DNA of 64,000 nt from Phycisphaerae bacterium (GCA_963675745.2 CAXXWX010000015.1:1-64000); one strand, 5' to 3'. Shown: positions 42,181 through 52,879, counted from the first letter of the stretch. The notes: generated from the letters alone by a model not told the origin. Translations and numbers: made by a program.

Positions 42181-42563
42181 CTGTGCTTGTCTGTCTCCCC
42201 ATCTGGAACCGATCACGGTGACGGGTCGTGTCCAACCTGGCCAACCAGCGATGACGACTGCTGGGTATGCATCTTGTGAGCGACCCGATTGGCCCGTCCA
42301 ACGTGACACGGCCCATCGCGCGCCTCTTGCACCACAAAAGAGATAGGTTTTGGGGCGAGCGAAGGGCCGTTGGCATCTTCACTCCGATCCAGCATCCACG
42401 CTGGATCATGATTGACGCGGGGCTGTGGCGACGATAGAGTTGTAATAGGACGTCGGTCTCGTCGCACTTCGCTCAGGTAACGCGGGCTGACCTGCGCCAG
42501 CACCTATTGCGCAGGCTTGGCACGCGGCCAATTTGGCGTCTGGCGCCACACGGAGGTAGTTGC

Positions 42564-43562
42564 ATGTCTGCCAGGACCATCCGCGGGCGGGGGTTCACGT
42601 TGATCGAATTGCTGGTCGTTGTTGCCATCATCGCTCTATTGATCTCGATCCTATTGCCGTCGCTATCGCACGCGCGTAAACAAGCCCGGTCGGTGGTCTG
42701 CCGAACGAATGTGCGTTCACTGGCGACCGCGGCGTTCACCTACTCGATCGAGGAAGGGGTCTACCCTCCCAGCCTGACCAATTTCGTCTATTCCGGAAGT
42801 CCGACGGTGTCATCTCAAAGGTGGAAAGGCGGCGTCGATTGGCTCGGCATCGGGGATCAGGCCGGGGCTTATGAGCCGGGCGATCCCAATGATCCACAGT
42901 CGGGGAATCCGAAGGGGTTTGACGCTGCACCAAAGTTCGGCGCCCTCTTCCCATACGTGAAGATCGAGAAGGCCTACCTCTGCCCATCCGACAAGCGCGG
43001 CACGGCGGACGAGACCTCGTACCTGGGCGGGGGCGGCAACGGGAAGTTTAGTTACACGATGTTCTCGATGCTCGGCTTAAGGCCGCCAGATAGAATCCCC
43101 GGTCGTCGCGAGGATGTCTCAAATGCGTCACGCGGGCCCGCGCCCGTCGGGCGGCGCCTGAAGCCCCCGGACTTGTCCGGCGTGCCACTGTTTGTCGAAG
43201 AGCATCCGGCCAGCCTCAACAATTTTGGCAATAACGGTCACATGGAGGGGAACTTCAACTTCTCCGATCGCGTGGTTTCGCGGCACACGGGTGGGAACAA
43301 TCGGCAGGGCTATGCCCCCGACGGAAGCGGACTCACCACATTTCGGCAGGGGACGACCAACATTGGCTTCGCCGATGGGCACGTGGATCCAGTCCGCACC
43401 AACTTCAAGTTCACAATCAACGACGTGAAGGACAAGGACGTTGGCGGACGCGGACTGGAGGGTATTCCGGATTCGGCTCCGGGTCTCCTGTGGTACTATG
43501 GCGTCGAATACCTGGAGGTGGAGGACGGCAGGCCCAATGTCGTGGTGGTGGGGGGATATTAA
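42564..43562 (+). CDS. Prepilin-type N-terminal cleavage/methylation protein (DUF1559-like, H-X9-DG family)
   Basis: GFTLIELLVVVAIIALLISILLPSL, LCPSD and NIGFADGHV. Confidence 0.92.
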   Translation: MSARTIRGRGFTLIELLVVVAIIALLISILLPSLSHARKQARSVVCRTNVRSLATAAFTYSIEEGVYPPSLTNFVYSGSPTVSSQRWKGGVDWLGIGDQAGAYEPGDPNDPQSGNPKGFDAAPKFGALFPYVKIEKAYLCPSDKRGTADETSYLGGGGNGKFSYTMFSMLGLRPPDRIPGRREDVSNASRGPAPVGRRLKPPDLSGVPLFVEEHPASLNNFGNNGHMEGNFNFSDRVVSRHTGGNNRQGYAPDGSGLTTFRQGTTNIGFADGHVDPVRTNFKFTINDVKDKDVGGRGLEGIPDSAPGLLWYYGVEYLEVEDGRPNVVVVGGY

Positions 43563-43636
43563 GGACGGAACCTGCAACCGCAACACGCGAGATTTGCGGC
43601 GCAGTGACCTGGTCTCCTAGAAGAGGGAGGAAAGAA

Positions 43637-46600
43637 GTGAGTACTTCAACACGATTGCACTGGCTGCTTGCAGCGGTGGCGGTGTTGTCTTGCGCGACCG
43701 TCGCCGGGGCACAACATTCACAGTTGATCACAGACTTCGAGGTAGACTCCCTGGGGGTGTCGTACCCCTATCAGCCTGGCTCGCTGGCCGACCTGCAGGT
43801 CGTCATGTTCCAGGACCCGGCCGAAGCAGACGTCACTGAGACCGCCGTGCTTTCAGACAGCGCGGCGACGTTTCCGAGTGATCCGAATGATCCGAGCATC
43901 CTGCGCTCCTCGGAGGAGTCATTCGTCGCGCGTTTCACCGGCAATGGCTTTTTCGGCGCACACGGCAGCGACCAGTTCCTGGACATCCGCTACGAGTGGG
44001 CGACCCCCAGCGATCCCAATCGATGGGTGCTCATCGAGACGCTGCAGTCGCCGGCGTTGGGAGATCCGTCGCTGCACCTCGGTGGGTCCGTCACCTTCTA
44101 CATAAACATCCCGGACTGCTCGGCGTACGAGTTTCCGGGGTTGACGCGGACGCCGGAGATCGGCGTCGCTCTGCTGATCAGCGAAACCGGCCAGGCATTG
44201 CCGCAGGGCTTCCGGGATAGTGACGTGTCGACCGGCTCGTTCGAGTTCGTCGGCGTCGACGCGCTCCTGGACCCCAACACGGCTAATCCGGTCCCCGTGC
44301 CGACCAACTTCTATCCGATCACCGATCCGAACTGTGCTGGTGACACGACCGGCAGTGGCGGTCACTGGCGCCCGGTGCAAATCGACCTGACTACGGCCGG
44401 CGTGGCGGGCTGGACCTACCGGGGCGGCGATGGCACGCTCGATGCCACCGTCGGCGATCCCAATGCCGTCAACCGCGGGGTGCTCGCCGGCCTGGTGCTG
44501 GCCGTCCGCAACACTGACACGACCAGCGAGTATGTCGAGTTCCTTATCGACGAGATCACGTTTACAGCCCCGGCGGCTGAGCCGGCGGTCCCGCCGACGA
44601 TTATCGGCCCCGTCATCGTTGACGCCACGAGCATCTTGATCGATGACATCACGCCGAGTGCCACAATGGTCACTCTCGAAATCGACCGCAATGCGGGCGA
44701 TCCTAATTTTAACGTGACGGAGACGGTGCCCCAGGCGCCCGGACTAAGCACCACCGGCGAACTTCGCTCGATCACCATTGGTGGTTTGACGGCCCTGGAT
44801 GTCGGTGATCGCCTGCGGGTGCGGCAGCACGTCGGCGCGGACATCAGCGACAACTCGCTGGTCGTCACCGTGAATCCGCCGGCCGCTTTCAGCGCCACGC
44901 TTTGCCTGGACGAGGACGGCAACTCCGGGACGGCGGACTACGAGTGGGTTGGCGCTGCGACGGTCGTCGGCCAGAACGGAACACAGGGCAAGCCCATCTT
45001 CCCGCAGAACGGCGTCTGGCAGCGCCTGGAGTACTCGCTCATTCCGGGTGTCGAGCCCATCTATCCCTTCGCGGGAGGCAACGGGCAGCTTGAGCCCGAC
45101 GGCGGGCTGTACAAACTCGACTCGATGTTCTTCACCATAGACTCGAGCGAACCCAGCGCCGGGCCATACAACATCTTCGTTGACCACATCTACTACATCG
45201 ACCCGAACGGCGTGGAGGTGGTCATCGGCGATAGTGAGTTCGTCAATCCGTTCCCGTACCAGCGTGGCCAGAGCACAACTGGAGAGAACTGGGATACGAT
45301 CATCTCCGGGCTTGCAAGCTATGACGGGGCCAGGGCAAACCGGCTCCTCTGGGAGTTCCCTGACACGGCGCTGTCCAACACGCACGCCGTCTATCGTCCC
45401 GCAGCGACATTCTCGGATGCGTCGTTGGCGGTGGGCATGTTCCTGCTGGTCGAGGACCCGCGCGACCCGAATCTGCCAACGCCCACGGTTGAGACGTACA
45501 TCATCGGAAGCCAAACGGCGATCAATGTGAGCTTTGACCCGAACGCAGCGCCGACGGACGTCAGCCTGCTGGTCAATGGCGTAACGGTCAACACGGTCGA
45601 TCCCAACGGCGCCGCTGCCGTGGACATTGACCCACAGACAGCCCTCTCGATCGGCGACTCGATCTCCGCGCTGATGACCACCGGCGCTGGACAGAGCAAC
45701 TACGCCTACGCCAGGGCAGTCCAGCGGGCTCCGGCGCCGACCGTGCAGAACCCGTTGGGGGTGGGGCAGACCGAAGTGGTCGTCAACGACATCCTCAACA
45801 CCGGCAACACCGTTGCGAGCCTGGTCACGCTGTACTCCGGCGATACCGAGCTCGACTCCTTGGACCCGAACGGCCAGGCATCCGTGACGTTCACGCTGGG
45901 GGACCCCGGGCTCCTGCTGGATGAGCAGATCTCCGCCACGCAGACTGTCAACGGCAGCCAGAGCGAACGCTCGAACGTCGTGACTGTCCAAATCCTCCTG
46001 CCACTCTGTCTTGAGGCGATCGTCGACGACTTCGAGGTCGACAGCTCGGCCGACTACACGGTTGTGAAGCAGGCAAATAGTGCCGACCCGAACGACATCG
46101 ATTCAACTGCGACGTTCGGCTTTGACTACGTAGCCGCCGGCATCCCGCTCGCACCGCGGTCGGTCATGGGCGACACCGGCGGCCTGCGAATGACCTGCAA
46201 CGACGTCGCGGGGGTCTCAAACGCGATCACTGCGTTCCACAACTTGGAGCTGACTGGCCTGGACGACTATCGGCTCCTCGTCGACGTCTACATGGGCGTC
46301 ACCGGGACCGGCGGCACGACCGAGCACATGCATGTCGGCGTCGCGGGCGACGGCTCCACGGTCAACTCGCTCTTCTATCCAATCACGGGTAGCGGTCACT
46401 TCATGGCGATGACCGGTGAGGGTGGGTCATCTTCCGACTACCGCCACTCCCTGCCTTCCGGCATCACCAACAGCGGCGATCCGAGCTACCTCAACAGCAC
46501 GAACACAACCAACGCGACAGGCGACACATACCAGGCCCTGTTCCCGAGCCCACCATATGACTATGCCGGCTCGCCGGGCAACGCCTGGACGACGCTCCAG

Positions 46601-47002
46601 ATTGACATGATCGGCGGCGTGGGCGGCACCATCACCTACTCGCTTGACGGCGCCACGGGCATGACGCCGATCATTCAGGACACGTCGGAACTGCTAGACG
46701 GCTTCATCAGCCTCGGCTACGGCGACCTGTTCTCGTCGCTCGCCGATCCGTTCCAGTCGCAGTTTATCATCTACGACAATCTCGTCGTGTACAAAGCCCA
46801 CGGGACCATCACCCTGTTCGACTGGAACCAGGACACGTTTATCGATACAGCGGATGCCGAGGCGATGTACAGTTGCCTTGGCGGCGTTGGTGACGACATG
46901 GCCGGGCAGGAGTGCGGCGCGCCGTGCCTCGGTGTGTTCGATGAAAACCTCGATAGCGACGTCGACCTTGGCGATGTTGCGGAGTTCCAGAAGTCTTTCT
47001 AA
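43637..47002 (+). CDS. Large secreted multidomain protein with dockerin-like C-terminus
   Basis: GGAGG RBS, GTG start and signal peptide; Ig-like repeats; a domain duplicated from the PEP-CTERM gene; terminal DWNQD...DENLDSDVD. Confidence 0.85.
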   Translation: MSTSTRLHWLLAAVAVLSCATVAGAQHSQLITDFEVDSLGVSYPYQPGSLADLQVVMFQDPAEADVTETAVLSDSAATFPSDPNDPSILRSSEESFVARFTGNGFFGAHGSDQFLDIRYEWATPSDPNRWVLIETLQSPALGDPSLHLGGSVTFYINIPDCSAYEFPGLTRTPEIGVALLISETGQALPQGFRDSDVSTGSFEFVGVDALLDPNTANPVPVPTNFYPITDPNCAGDTTGSGGHWRPVQIDLTTAGVAGWTYRGGDGTLDATVGDPNAVNRGVLAGLVLAVRNTDTTSEYVEFLIDEITFTAPAAEPAVPPTIIGPVIVDATSILIDDITPSATMVTLEIDRNAGDPNFNVTETVPQAPGLSTTGELRSITIGGLTALDVGDRLRVRQHVGADISDNSLVVTVNPPAAFSATLCLDEDGNSGTADYEWVGAATVVGQNGTQGKPIFPQNGVWQRLEYSLIPGVEPIYPFAGGNGQLEPDGGLYKLDSMFFTIDSSEPSAGPYNIFVDHIYYIDPNGVEVVIGDSEFVNPFPYQRGQSTTGENWDTIISGLASYDGARANRLLWEFPDTALSNTHAVYRPAATFSDASLAVGMFLLVEDPRDPNLPTPTVETYIIGSQTAINVSFDPNAAPTDVSLLVNGVTVNTVDPNGAAAVDIDPQTALSIGDSISALMTTGAGQSNYAYARAVQRAPAPTVQNPLGVGQTEVVVNDILNTGNTVASLVTLYSGDTELDSLDPNGQASVTFTLGDPGLLLDEQISATQTVNGSQSERSNVVTVQILLPLCLEAIVDDFEVDSSADYTVVKQANSADPNDIDSTATFGFDYVAAGIPLAPRSVMGDTGGLRMTCNDVAGVSNAITAFHNLELTGLDDYRLLVDVYMGVTGTGGTTEHMHVGVAGDGSTVNSLFYPITGSGHFMAMTGEGGSSSDYRHSLPSGITNSGDPSYLNSTNTTNATGDTYQALFPSPPYDYAGSPGNAWTTLQIDMIGGVGGTITYSLDGATGMTPIIQDTSELLDGFISLGYGDLFSSLADPFQSQFIIYDNLVVYKAHGTITLFDWNQDTFIDTADAEAMYSCLGGVGDDMAGQECGAPCLGVFDENLDSDVDLGDVAEFQKSF

Positions 47003-47030
47003 CCGGGCGTCTGGTTAGCGGAAGTTATAA

Positions 47031-47072
47031 AGCAGCGGGGTCGTCGCACTTGCGGCGGCCCCGCTGTTCTTT
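47031..47072 (+). terminator. Probable intrinsic terminator
   Basis: AGCAGCGGGGTCG...CGGCCCCGCTGTT hairpin followed by CTTT. Confidence 0.7.
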
Positions 47073-47144
47073 CGACCTGTTGCTGCACTGAGTGCGGCGT
47101 GGTGCTGTATCGTCGGGGGGTCACAAGGCTATAATGCTGTCCGC

Positions 47145-49718
47145 ATGCGCGCTAGGATCCCGCTACTATACCTCTGCTTCTTCCTGTCCGGCGCCGCGGC
47201 GCTGGTTTACGAGGTGATCTGGCAGCGCATGCTCACGCTGGTCTTCGGACTCAGCACGCTCAGCGTTACGGCGGTCATCGCGGCGTTTCTCGGCGGGGTG
47301 GCCCTGGGCGCGCGATTCAGCGGTCCGGTTGCCGATCGCACGTTGCGGCCGCTGCGGCTCTACGCTCTCGTCGAACTTGGCATCGCCCTCGCCGGACTTG
47401 CCTCCCTGTTTACGATTCCCCCGCTGATGCGCGTATTTGCGGTGCTCTATGCGGCCGTCGAGCCCGGCTGGCTGCTCTCAAACCTGATCCGCTTCGTCTT
47501 GGCGTGCATCGCGGTCGGCCTGCCGAGCCTGCTGATCGGTGCGACGATGCCGCTGATGACGCGCATCGCCTCCCGGCAAGCGGGCTGCACAGCCGTTGGA
47601 TTCGGCGGCAGCTATGCGGCAAACGTCGCCGGATCGGTGGTCGGGACAATCGCCGCCGGTTTCTTCCTGTTGCGGATCGTTGGAGTCGATGGTGCGCTGT
47701 ACTGCGCCGCAGGGGCGAACCTGGCTGTCTGCGCGCTGGCATTTATCCTCCGAGAGTGCCCGGTGGATGTCTGCTCCTCGCCGGCTGAACCGGTCGCCGC
47801 ACCTGCCGCGCCAGCGGGATCGCGCGACCACGCGGGTGCGCCTCGCCCGACCATTTCAATGTCGTTTGCCTGTATTGCGGCGCTCGTGACCGGCGCGGTG
47901 GCCCTTGCCTACGAAATCGCCTGGATCCGCCTGCTCGCGATCTTCACGCTCAACAGCGTCTACATCTTCCCGATGGTGCTCAGCGTTTATCTCACGGCGC
48001 TGGCGCTGGGCTCGGCCGCGGTGGCGCTCCTGGCGCGCCGCTCGCACTTCAACGCATTGGCCACGCTGGCACTTACACAACTGCTGCAAGCGCTGCTTGT
48101 GCCTCTATTGCTGACCCTCGCGCCGCAGGCCTCACGGCTGGACATCACGGGGAGCGGGCGCACCTCCGCCGAGATCCTGCAAGCCGAGTATGTGCTCGTC
48201 GCAGTCGTCGTGTTCATCCCGACGCTCCTGATCGGCTTCACGTTGCCGCTGCTGGTAACGCTTGCGGCGCGCTGCGTCGAGGAGTCAGGCCGGCTGGTTG
48301 GTCGGATCTACGCCTGGAATACGCTGGGTTCGATTGCGGGCGCGGGCCTGGCAGGCGCAGTGCTGATTCCCTTCCTGGGATTGCGGGGCGGTCTCTTGCT
48401 TCTGGCCGGCATTAACCTGGCCGTCGTCGCGGCCGCTTCGTACGCCGGTGGTCACCGCGCCGCATGGCTGCGGTCGCTGGCGCCCGTGGGGGCGTCGGCA
48501 TTCGCAGTCGCCGTGGCCTTCCTGCCCGGCGTGACACGCTTCTACCTGCCGCCCGGCCCGCAGAGCGAGATGGTCCGCTACTACGCCGAGGGGCCCTCGG
48601 CAACGGTCCATGTAGTCGAGTATGACGGCGACGCCGGTCGCCACCGCACGCTCTTCGTAGACAGCAAGTCGGTCGCCGGGACGTACGACGACATTGTCAC
48701 CGACCAAAAGATGCTGGCGCACCTGCCGCTGCTGCTGCACCCGGACCCGCAGCGGGCGCTTACGGTCGGCTTCGGGGCCGGCGGCACATCGTATTCGATG
48801 CTGCAACACGGATTGCAGGTGGACTGCGTCGAGATCGAGCCCCGCGTCGTCGACGCCTATCACCTGTTCGAGTCAGAGAATCACGGCATCGTCGGACCAG
48901 AGCACGACACGGTCCACTTCCGGCTGATTCTCGACGACGCGCGCGCCTGGCTGGAGGTCGCGCCGCGGCGCTACGATGTGATTGTCACCGATCTGACCAG
49001 CATCCAGTATCGCGGCAACGGGAATCTCTACACCGCCGAGGCCTTTGGCTTGATGCAGTCCCAGCTCAATCCGGGCGGCATCGGCGCCGCATGGGTGCCG
49101 ATCACCGGCATCACGCCCGAGGCGCTCAAACTCGTGATCCGCACGTTCCAGAGCGTCTTCGAGCATACGAGTGTGTGGTACATGATCAACCTGCCGACGG
49201 ATTTTGTGATTGTCATCGGGACCGAGCGGCCGCTGAGCTTCCCGATCGTTGACATCGAGCGTCGGATGGCGGCCTCGCGTGTACGGCGCGACTTGGCACC
49301 AATCGGCATGGACAACGCCTGGAAGTTGGCGGCTTGCCTGTTGCTCGCTGAGTCCGACGTCGGGCAGTATGTTGGCGCCGGACCGCTTCATCGCGATTAC
49401 CGACCAGTGCTGGATTACCTGACGCACGCGACGCCATACCGCAACACCCTGCCGGAAAACCTCACCGAGCTTACTGCGCACCGGCGTAGCCCGGCGGCAT
49501 ACATGACCCGCTGGCCCGATGCGCCCGAGGGCGCCGCCCGTGCGGATTGGTCACGCTGGTTCGCCGCCAGCGCAGCACTGATCCGCGGCCACATCGCCTT
49601 GCGCTCGACGTACGAAGGGCATTTCGACGATGCCCGCGCCGCCTATGAAGCCGCGCTCGAGCAGGTGCCAACCGACGCCCGCACACGGGCGCTTCTCGCC
49701 GAAATGCAGCGCCCGTAG
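47145..49718 (+). CDS. Fused MFS-like membrane domain / spermidine synthase-like protein
   Basis: FFLSGAAALVYEVIW multi-TM repeat; ALTVGFGAGGT, CVEIEP, DDAR and YDVIVTD motifs. Confidence 0.9.
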   Translation: MRARIPLLYLCFFLSGAAALVYEVIWQRMLTLVFGLSTLSVTAVIAAFLGGVALGARFSGPVADRTLRPLRLYALVELGIALAGLASLFTIPPLMRVFAVLYAAVEPGWLLSNLIRFVLACIAVGLPSLLIGATMPLMTRIASRQAGCTAVGFGGSYAANVAGSVVGTIAAGFFLLRIVGVDGALYCAAGANLAVCALAFILRECPVDVCSSPAEPVAAPAAPAGSRDHAGAPRPTISMSFACIAALVTGAVALAYEIAWIRLLAIFTLNSVYIFPMVLSVYLTALALGSAAVALLARRSHFNALATLALTQLLQALLVPLLLTLAPQASRLDITGSGRTSAEILQAEYVLVAVVVFIPTLLIGFTLPLLVTLAARCVEESGRLVGRIYAWNTLGSIAGAGLAGAVLIPFLGLRGGLLLLAGINLAVVAAASYAGGHRAAWLRSLAPVGASAFAVAVAFLPGVTRFYLPPGPQSEMVRYYAEGPSATVHVVEYDGDAGRHRTLFVDSKSVAGTYDDIVTDQKMLAHLPLLLHPDPQRALTVGFGAGGTSYSMLQHGLQVDCVEIEPRVVDAYHLFESENHGIVGPEHDTVHFRLILDDARAWLEVAPRRYDVIVTDLTSIQYRGNGNLYTAEAFGLMQSQLNPGGIGAAWVPITGITPEALKLVIRTFQSVFEHTSVWYMINLPTDFVIVIGTERPLSFPIVDIERRMAASRVRRDLAPIGMDNAWKLAACLLLAESDVGQYVGAGPLHRDYRPVLDYLTHATPYRNTLPENLTELTAHRRSPAAYMTRWPDAPEGAARADWSRWFAASAALIRGHIALRSTYEGHFDDARAAYEAALEQVPTDARTRALLAEMQRP

Positions 49719-49959
49719 GGCAAGTGAGGGGCGGCACTCGCGGGCCATCCCCGACCGGGGCGCTCTTCGCGGCGCAACCGGACCAACAGACTTGCCATCA
49801 ATCGGCAATTGGAACCACGAACGACAGTCGAGTATCGTAGCGCGTCACAGGACGAGAATGCTGCGATCGTCTGCGCACGGGATTGTCCAGGATTCGCCAT
49901 GTGGAATAGTGGGAGCTATCCCAACCGACCACCGGCGCGCATAGTCGGCCGGTAGACAC

Positions 49960-50005
49960 AACAAGAGCCCCGCCCGGCCGTACAGGTGTCCGACCGGGCG
50001 GGGCT
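49960..50005 (-). terminator. Probable terminator hairpin
   Basis: AGCCCCGCCCGG...CCGGGCGGGGCT between convergent genes. Confidence 0.6.
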
Positions 50006-50030
50006 GAATGTCAGATGATTGCGTGTCCCG

Positions 50031-50876
50031 TCATCCGGACAGCAGTATCACAAACGGGTCAATGTCGCCGTTGTTGACAAAGCTGTCCTGATTGATGTCC
50101 GCGAGGTTGATATCGCAGTCGGGATAGGTGCTTGCGTACGCGCCGGGGTCGGAGATAGCTGTGACAAACGCGTCGATATCGCCGTTGTTGACAAAGCCAT
50201 CGCAGTTCAGATCGCCAAGCGCATACGCCGCGCCAACGGTGAACGTGAAGCTGCCGTCCGCAACAACAATCGTGCCGGCTGTTACCGGTGAGTAGTCCGG
50301 CGGCGTGCCGACTGAAACCAGCACGTTCGCAAACCCGTTCGCCAGGCTGAAAGTGTAGTCGCCTGCGGTGGCCGGCGCGGCGAACGAGCCGCTCGCGACC
50401 AGTTGGGGGCCGGCCTGCCCGACGCCACCAACCACATTGGCGTTCTCAGCGATCCCGCTGCCGCCGGGCATGGCTTCGCCGAAGGTGTTTTGCGCTCCAC
50501 CCGTCTGGATCAGGTTCATGGCGCCGGCCGTGCCGCGCTGTGAGCCGACGTAACCGGTGTTCGGATCAGTCTCGGGTGGGTTGGTGATGCCGGCCGGTCG
50601 GCTGAAGTTCTGCATGCCGGCGGGGACACCGCTGGCTGCCGGGATGTCGAGCGTGGCGGGATTGCCGCCATCCTGCACCAGGTCAAACGAGATGAGGGCG
50701 AGCCCCATGTTGTCGCCGGTGGAGACTGCCGCCGTGACGGTCCAGTTGACCGTGGCGCCGGCCCCGATGGTCGTGCCGTCCTGGGGAGAATCGAGGGTAA
50801 GCGTCACGGTCTGGGCTGCGGCGGTCACCACGCACGTTGTAACGAACAGTACGCCGATGAAATATCGCATTTCCAT
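50031..50876 (-). CDS. Secreted protein with dockerin-like domain
   Basis: AAGGAGG RBS and signal peptide; GDLNCDGFVNNGDIDAFV...ADINQDSFVNNGDIDPFV. Confidence 0.85.
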   Translation of the reverse strand: MEMRYFIGVLFVTTCVVTAAAQTVTLTLDSPQDGTTIGAGATVNWTVTAAVSTGDNMGLALISFDLVQDGGNPATLDIPAASGVPAGMQNFSRPAGITNPPETDPNTGYVGSQRGTAGAMNLIQTGGAQNTFGEAMPGGSGIAENANVVGGVGQAGPQLVASGSFAAPATAGDYTFSLANGFANVLVSVGTPPDYSPVTAGTIVVADGSFTFTVGAAYALGDLNCDGFVNNGDIDAFVTAISDPGAYASTYPDCDINLADINQDSFVNNGDIDPFVILLSG

Positions 50877-51588
50877 GGCCTCCTTATGTTCGGCTGTGCA
50901 GCGCAAGTGCAATCGCCGTAGTTGCGGTGTATTCCATCCACTCCAAGGCGTCGCACATCAGGATCCTGCGCACAGGATTTCTGACTTCGCCCTGGCGGGC
51001 GCGACGATCCCGTACCAGACCCCACTAACATCTTACCTTACAGGTCTGGTCGCGCATGGTCAAGAGAATACCACGCTCTGGCTAGCGCCTGCCCCTGCCG
51101 AGCGTCCGTCCCGCCCAGAATCTTGTTCTCGCTGGAGCGCGAGGGGCAAGACCCGGCCTCAGATACGTCCAAGCCTGAGATCGGTCGGGCAATGGCGCGG
51201 AGTTGCCCTGAGTTCCTTGGCCTCAAAGGTCCCCTGGACTACGGCATTGTCCACCGGTGTCCCGCGCCACACTGGAAAGCCAACTCCTCCCGCGACCACT
51301 GTCCGCTCGCATCGGTCGAGCAATTCAGTCGCCAACACGCAACTGATCGACGGCCCAGCCTGCCACGTCGCGCCAGCGGCACGAGTTGCAAGCTCCGTCG
51401 AATGGCCTCCAAGTCGGTTGAAACAGCCGTACAGGGCGATGATGACATGCAATGCGCCAGGTCTTTCGAGCCGTCCTGGCCGGTCAGGTAGCATATCTAC
51501 GGCGGCGGAACTCGCACGACCGGCGACAACGCGCTCGTTGGCGAAGCCAAGTTGGCTCATACAGCTGCCAGAGCCGAATTACCGCGGC

Positions 51589-52830
51589 TCACCCACGGAG
51601 TTCCTCCAGCTTTCGCCGATCATAGTCCAGAATCAGCAAGTAGTACGTGCCGACGCCTACCAAGTAGAGCGCGCCCGTAATGAAGAAGATGTTGGCGTAA
51701 CTCACGCTGAACTCACGCAGTTTCTGAAATGCAAACCCGCTGACGAACCATGATCCCGACCACACCGACGAGGTCAGTGCGCTGACCAGCTCCTGGTTGC
51801 GCGGCCCCACGTAGTTCATGGTCAGCTCTGAGGTCATCGGTCCGGCAAGGTTCATCAGGGGCTGCCGCAAGACGTAGAACACGGCCGCCAGCACCGCGGC
51901 GACAGACCACGGGGCGATGTACTCGGTCGAGGCCAGTCCCACGAGCATCGCGATCGCGATCAACTGCGTTCCAGGGATGGCTCTGCGATAGCCGAACGTT
52001 TCCTTGATCACTGGCGTCAGGATTACGCCACCAAGTACGACGGCAGTCCCGGCGGCGGACAGCACGGCGACGTGACGGGTCGCGAAGCCGTGGATGTTCG
52101 CGAAGAACAACGGCATGAACGGGATCGTCAATCCGGCACCGACGGCGATAAGGCAAGTCGGGATCATCGCGCGCACTATCAGTCCCCAGTCGTAAACCTG
52201 CTCATCGGACACGGGCCGCGCGGGCACGCGCTCGGGAGTGCGAATCCGCCAGATGAACACGAAACTCACCAACGCCAGCAGCGAAAACCCCTGCAGCAGG
52301 CGTTCGTGGGTGAAGAATTCGCCATTGAGCCAGCGGAGCGCGAAGATCATCAGACCCGCAACGATCGTGGTGAAACTCCAGGTCGAGAAACTCAGCGAGA
52401 TCGCGGCGGTCTGTGTCTCGGGCTGCGCGTTGCGCATGATGTACGGCAAGACCGCCACCGTCATGCACATGTACGCGACGCCCCACAGGAGGTTGCCGGC
52501 GATCAGGAGCGGGCCGCTGTGTACACGCACGGCGTAGATCACGAGCAGCGAGGCGAATGGTACCCCCACGCTCGAAACGTAGAAAAACGGGCGGATCCGG
52601 CGGCCGCGCAGGAAACGGCCCAGCGGGAACGCGAGCGCAAGCACGCCGAGGAATCGGTACTTGAAGTACGCGGTCGCATCTTGATCCGCGTAGCCGTGCT
52701 CCTGCATATACAGCAGAAACGTGATGAAGAACGCCGAATTCGCGAACTGCACGAGGGTCTCAGCGATAATCACGCCGACAATGTCGGGGGCGAGTCGACG
52801 ATAGCGTTCAAGCAGACTGTGCAACGTCAA
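51589..52830 (-). CDS. MFS transporter
   Basis: About 12 hydrophobic segments, 413 aa, GAGLTIPFMPLFF motif. Confidence 0.85.
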   Translation of the reverse strand: MTLHSLLERYRRLAPDIVGVIIAETLVQFANSAFFITFLLYMQEHGYADQDATAYFKYRFLGVLALAFPLGRFLRGRRIRPFFYVSSVGVPFASLLVIYAVRVHSGPLLIAGNLLWGVAYMCMTVAVLPYIMRNAQPETQTAAISLSFSTWSFTTIVAGLMIFALRWLNGEFFTHERLLQGFSLLALVSFVFIWRIRTPERVPARPVSDEQVYDWGLIVRAMIPTCLIAVGAGLTIPFMPLFFANIHGFATRHVAVLSAAGTAVVLGGVILTPVIKETFGYRRAIPGTQLIAIAMLVGLASTEYIAPWSVAAVLAAVFYVLRQPLMNLAGPMTSELTMNYVGPRNQELVSALTSSVWSGSWFVSGFAFQKLREFSVSYANIFFITGALYLVGVGTYYLLILDYDRRKLEELRG

Positions 52831-52879
52831 GTACCTGCCTGTCCCGGTCGGATGATGATTGGGGCAAGAACCCGACTGA

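Noticed and set aside
47130..47135. TATAAT -10 box just upstream of the spermidine synthase-like gene
   Set aside because: No convincing -35 element, and a single hexamer is too weak to call a promoter.
50557..51753. 398-aa plus-strand ORF and other long antisense ORFs (e.g. 20941..22242, 29025..30281, 44744..45991)
   Set aside because: They are shadow ORFs expected at high GC; they overlap well-supported genes and show no recognisable motifs.
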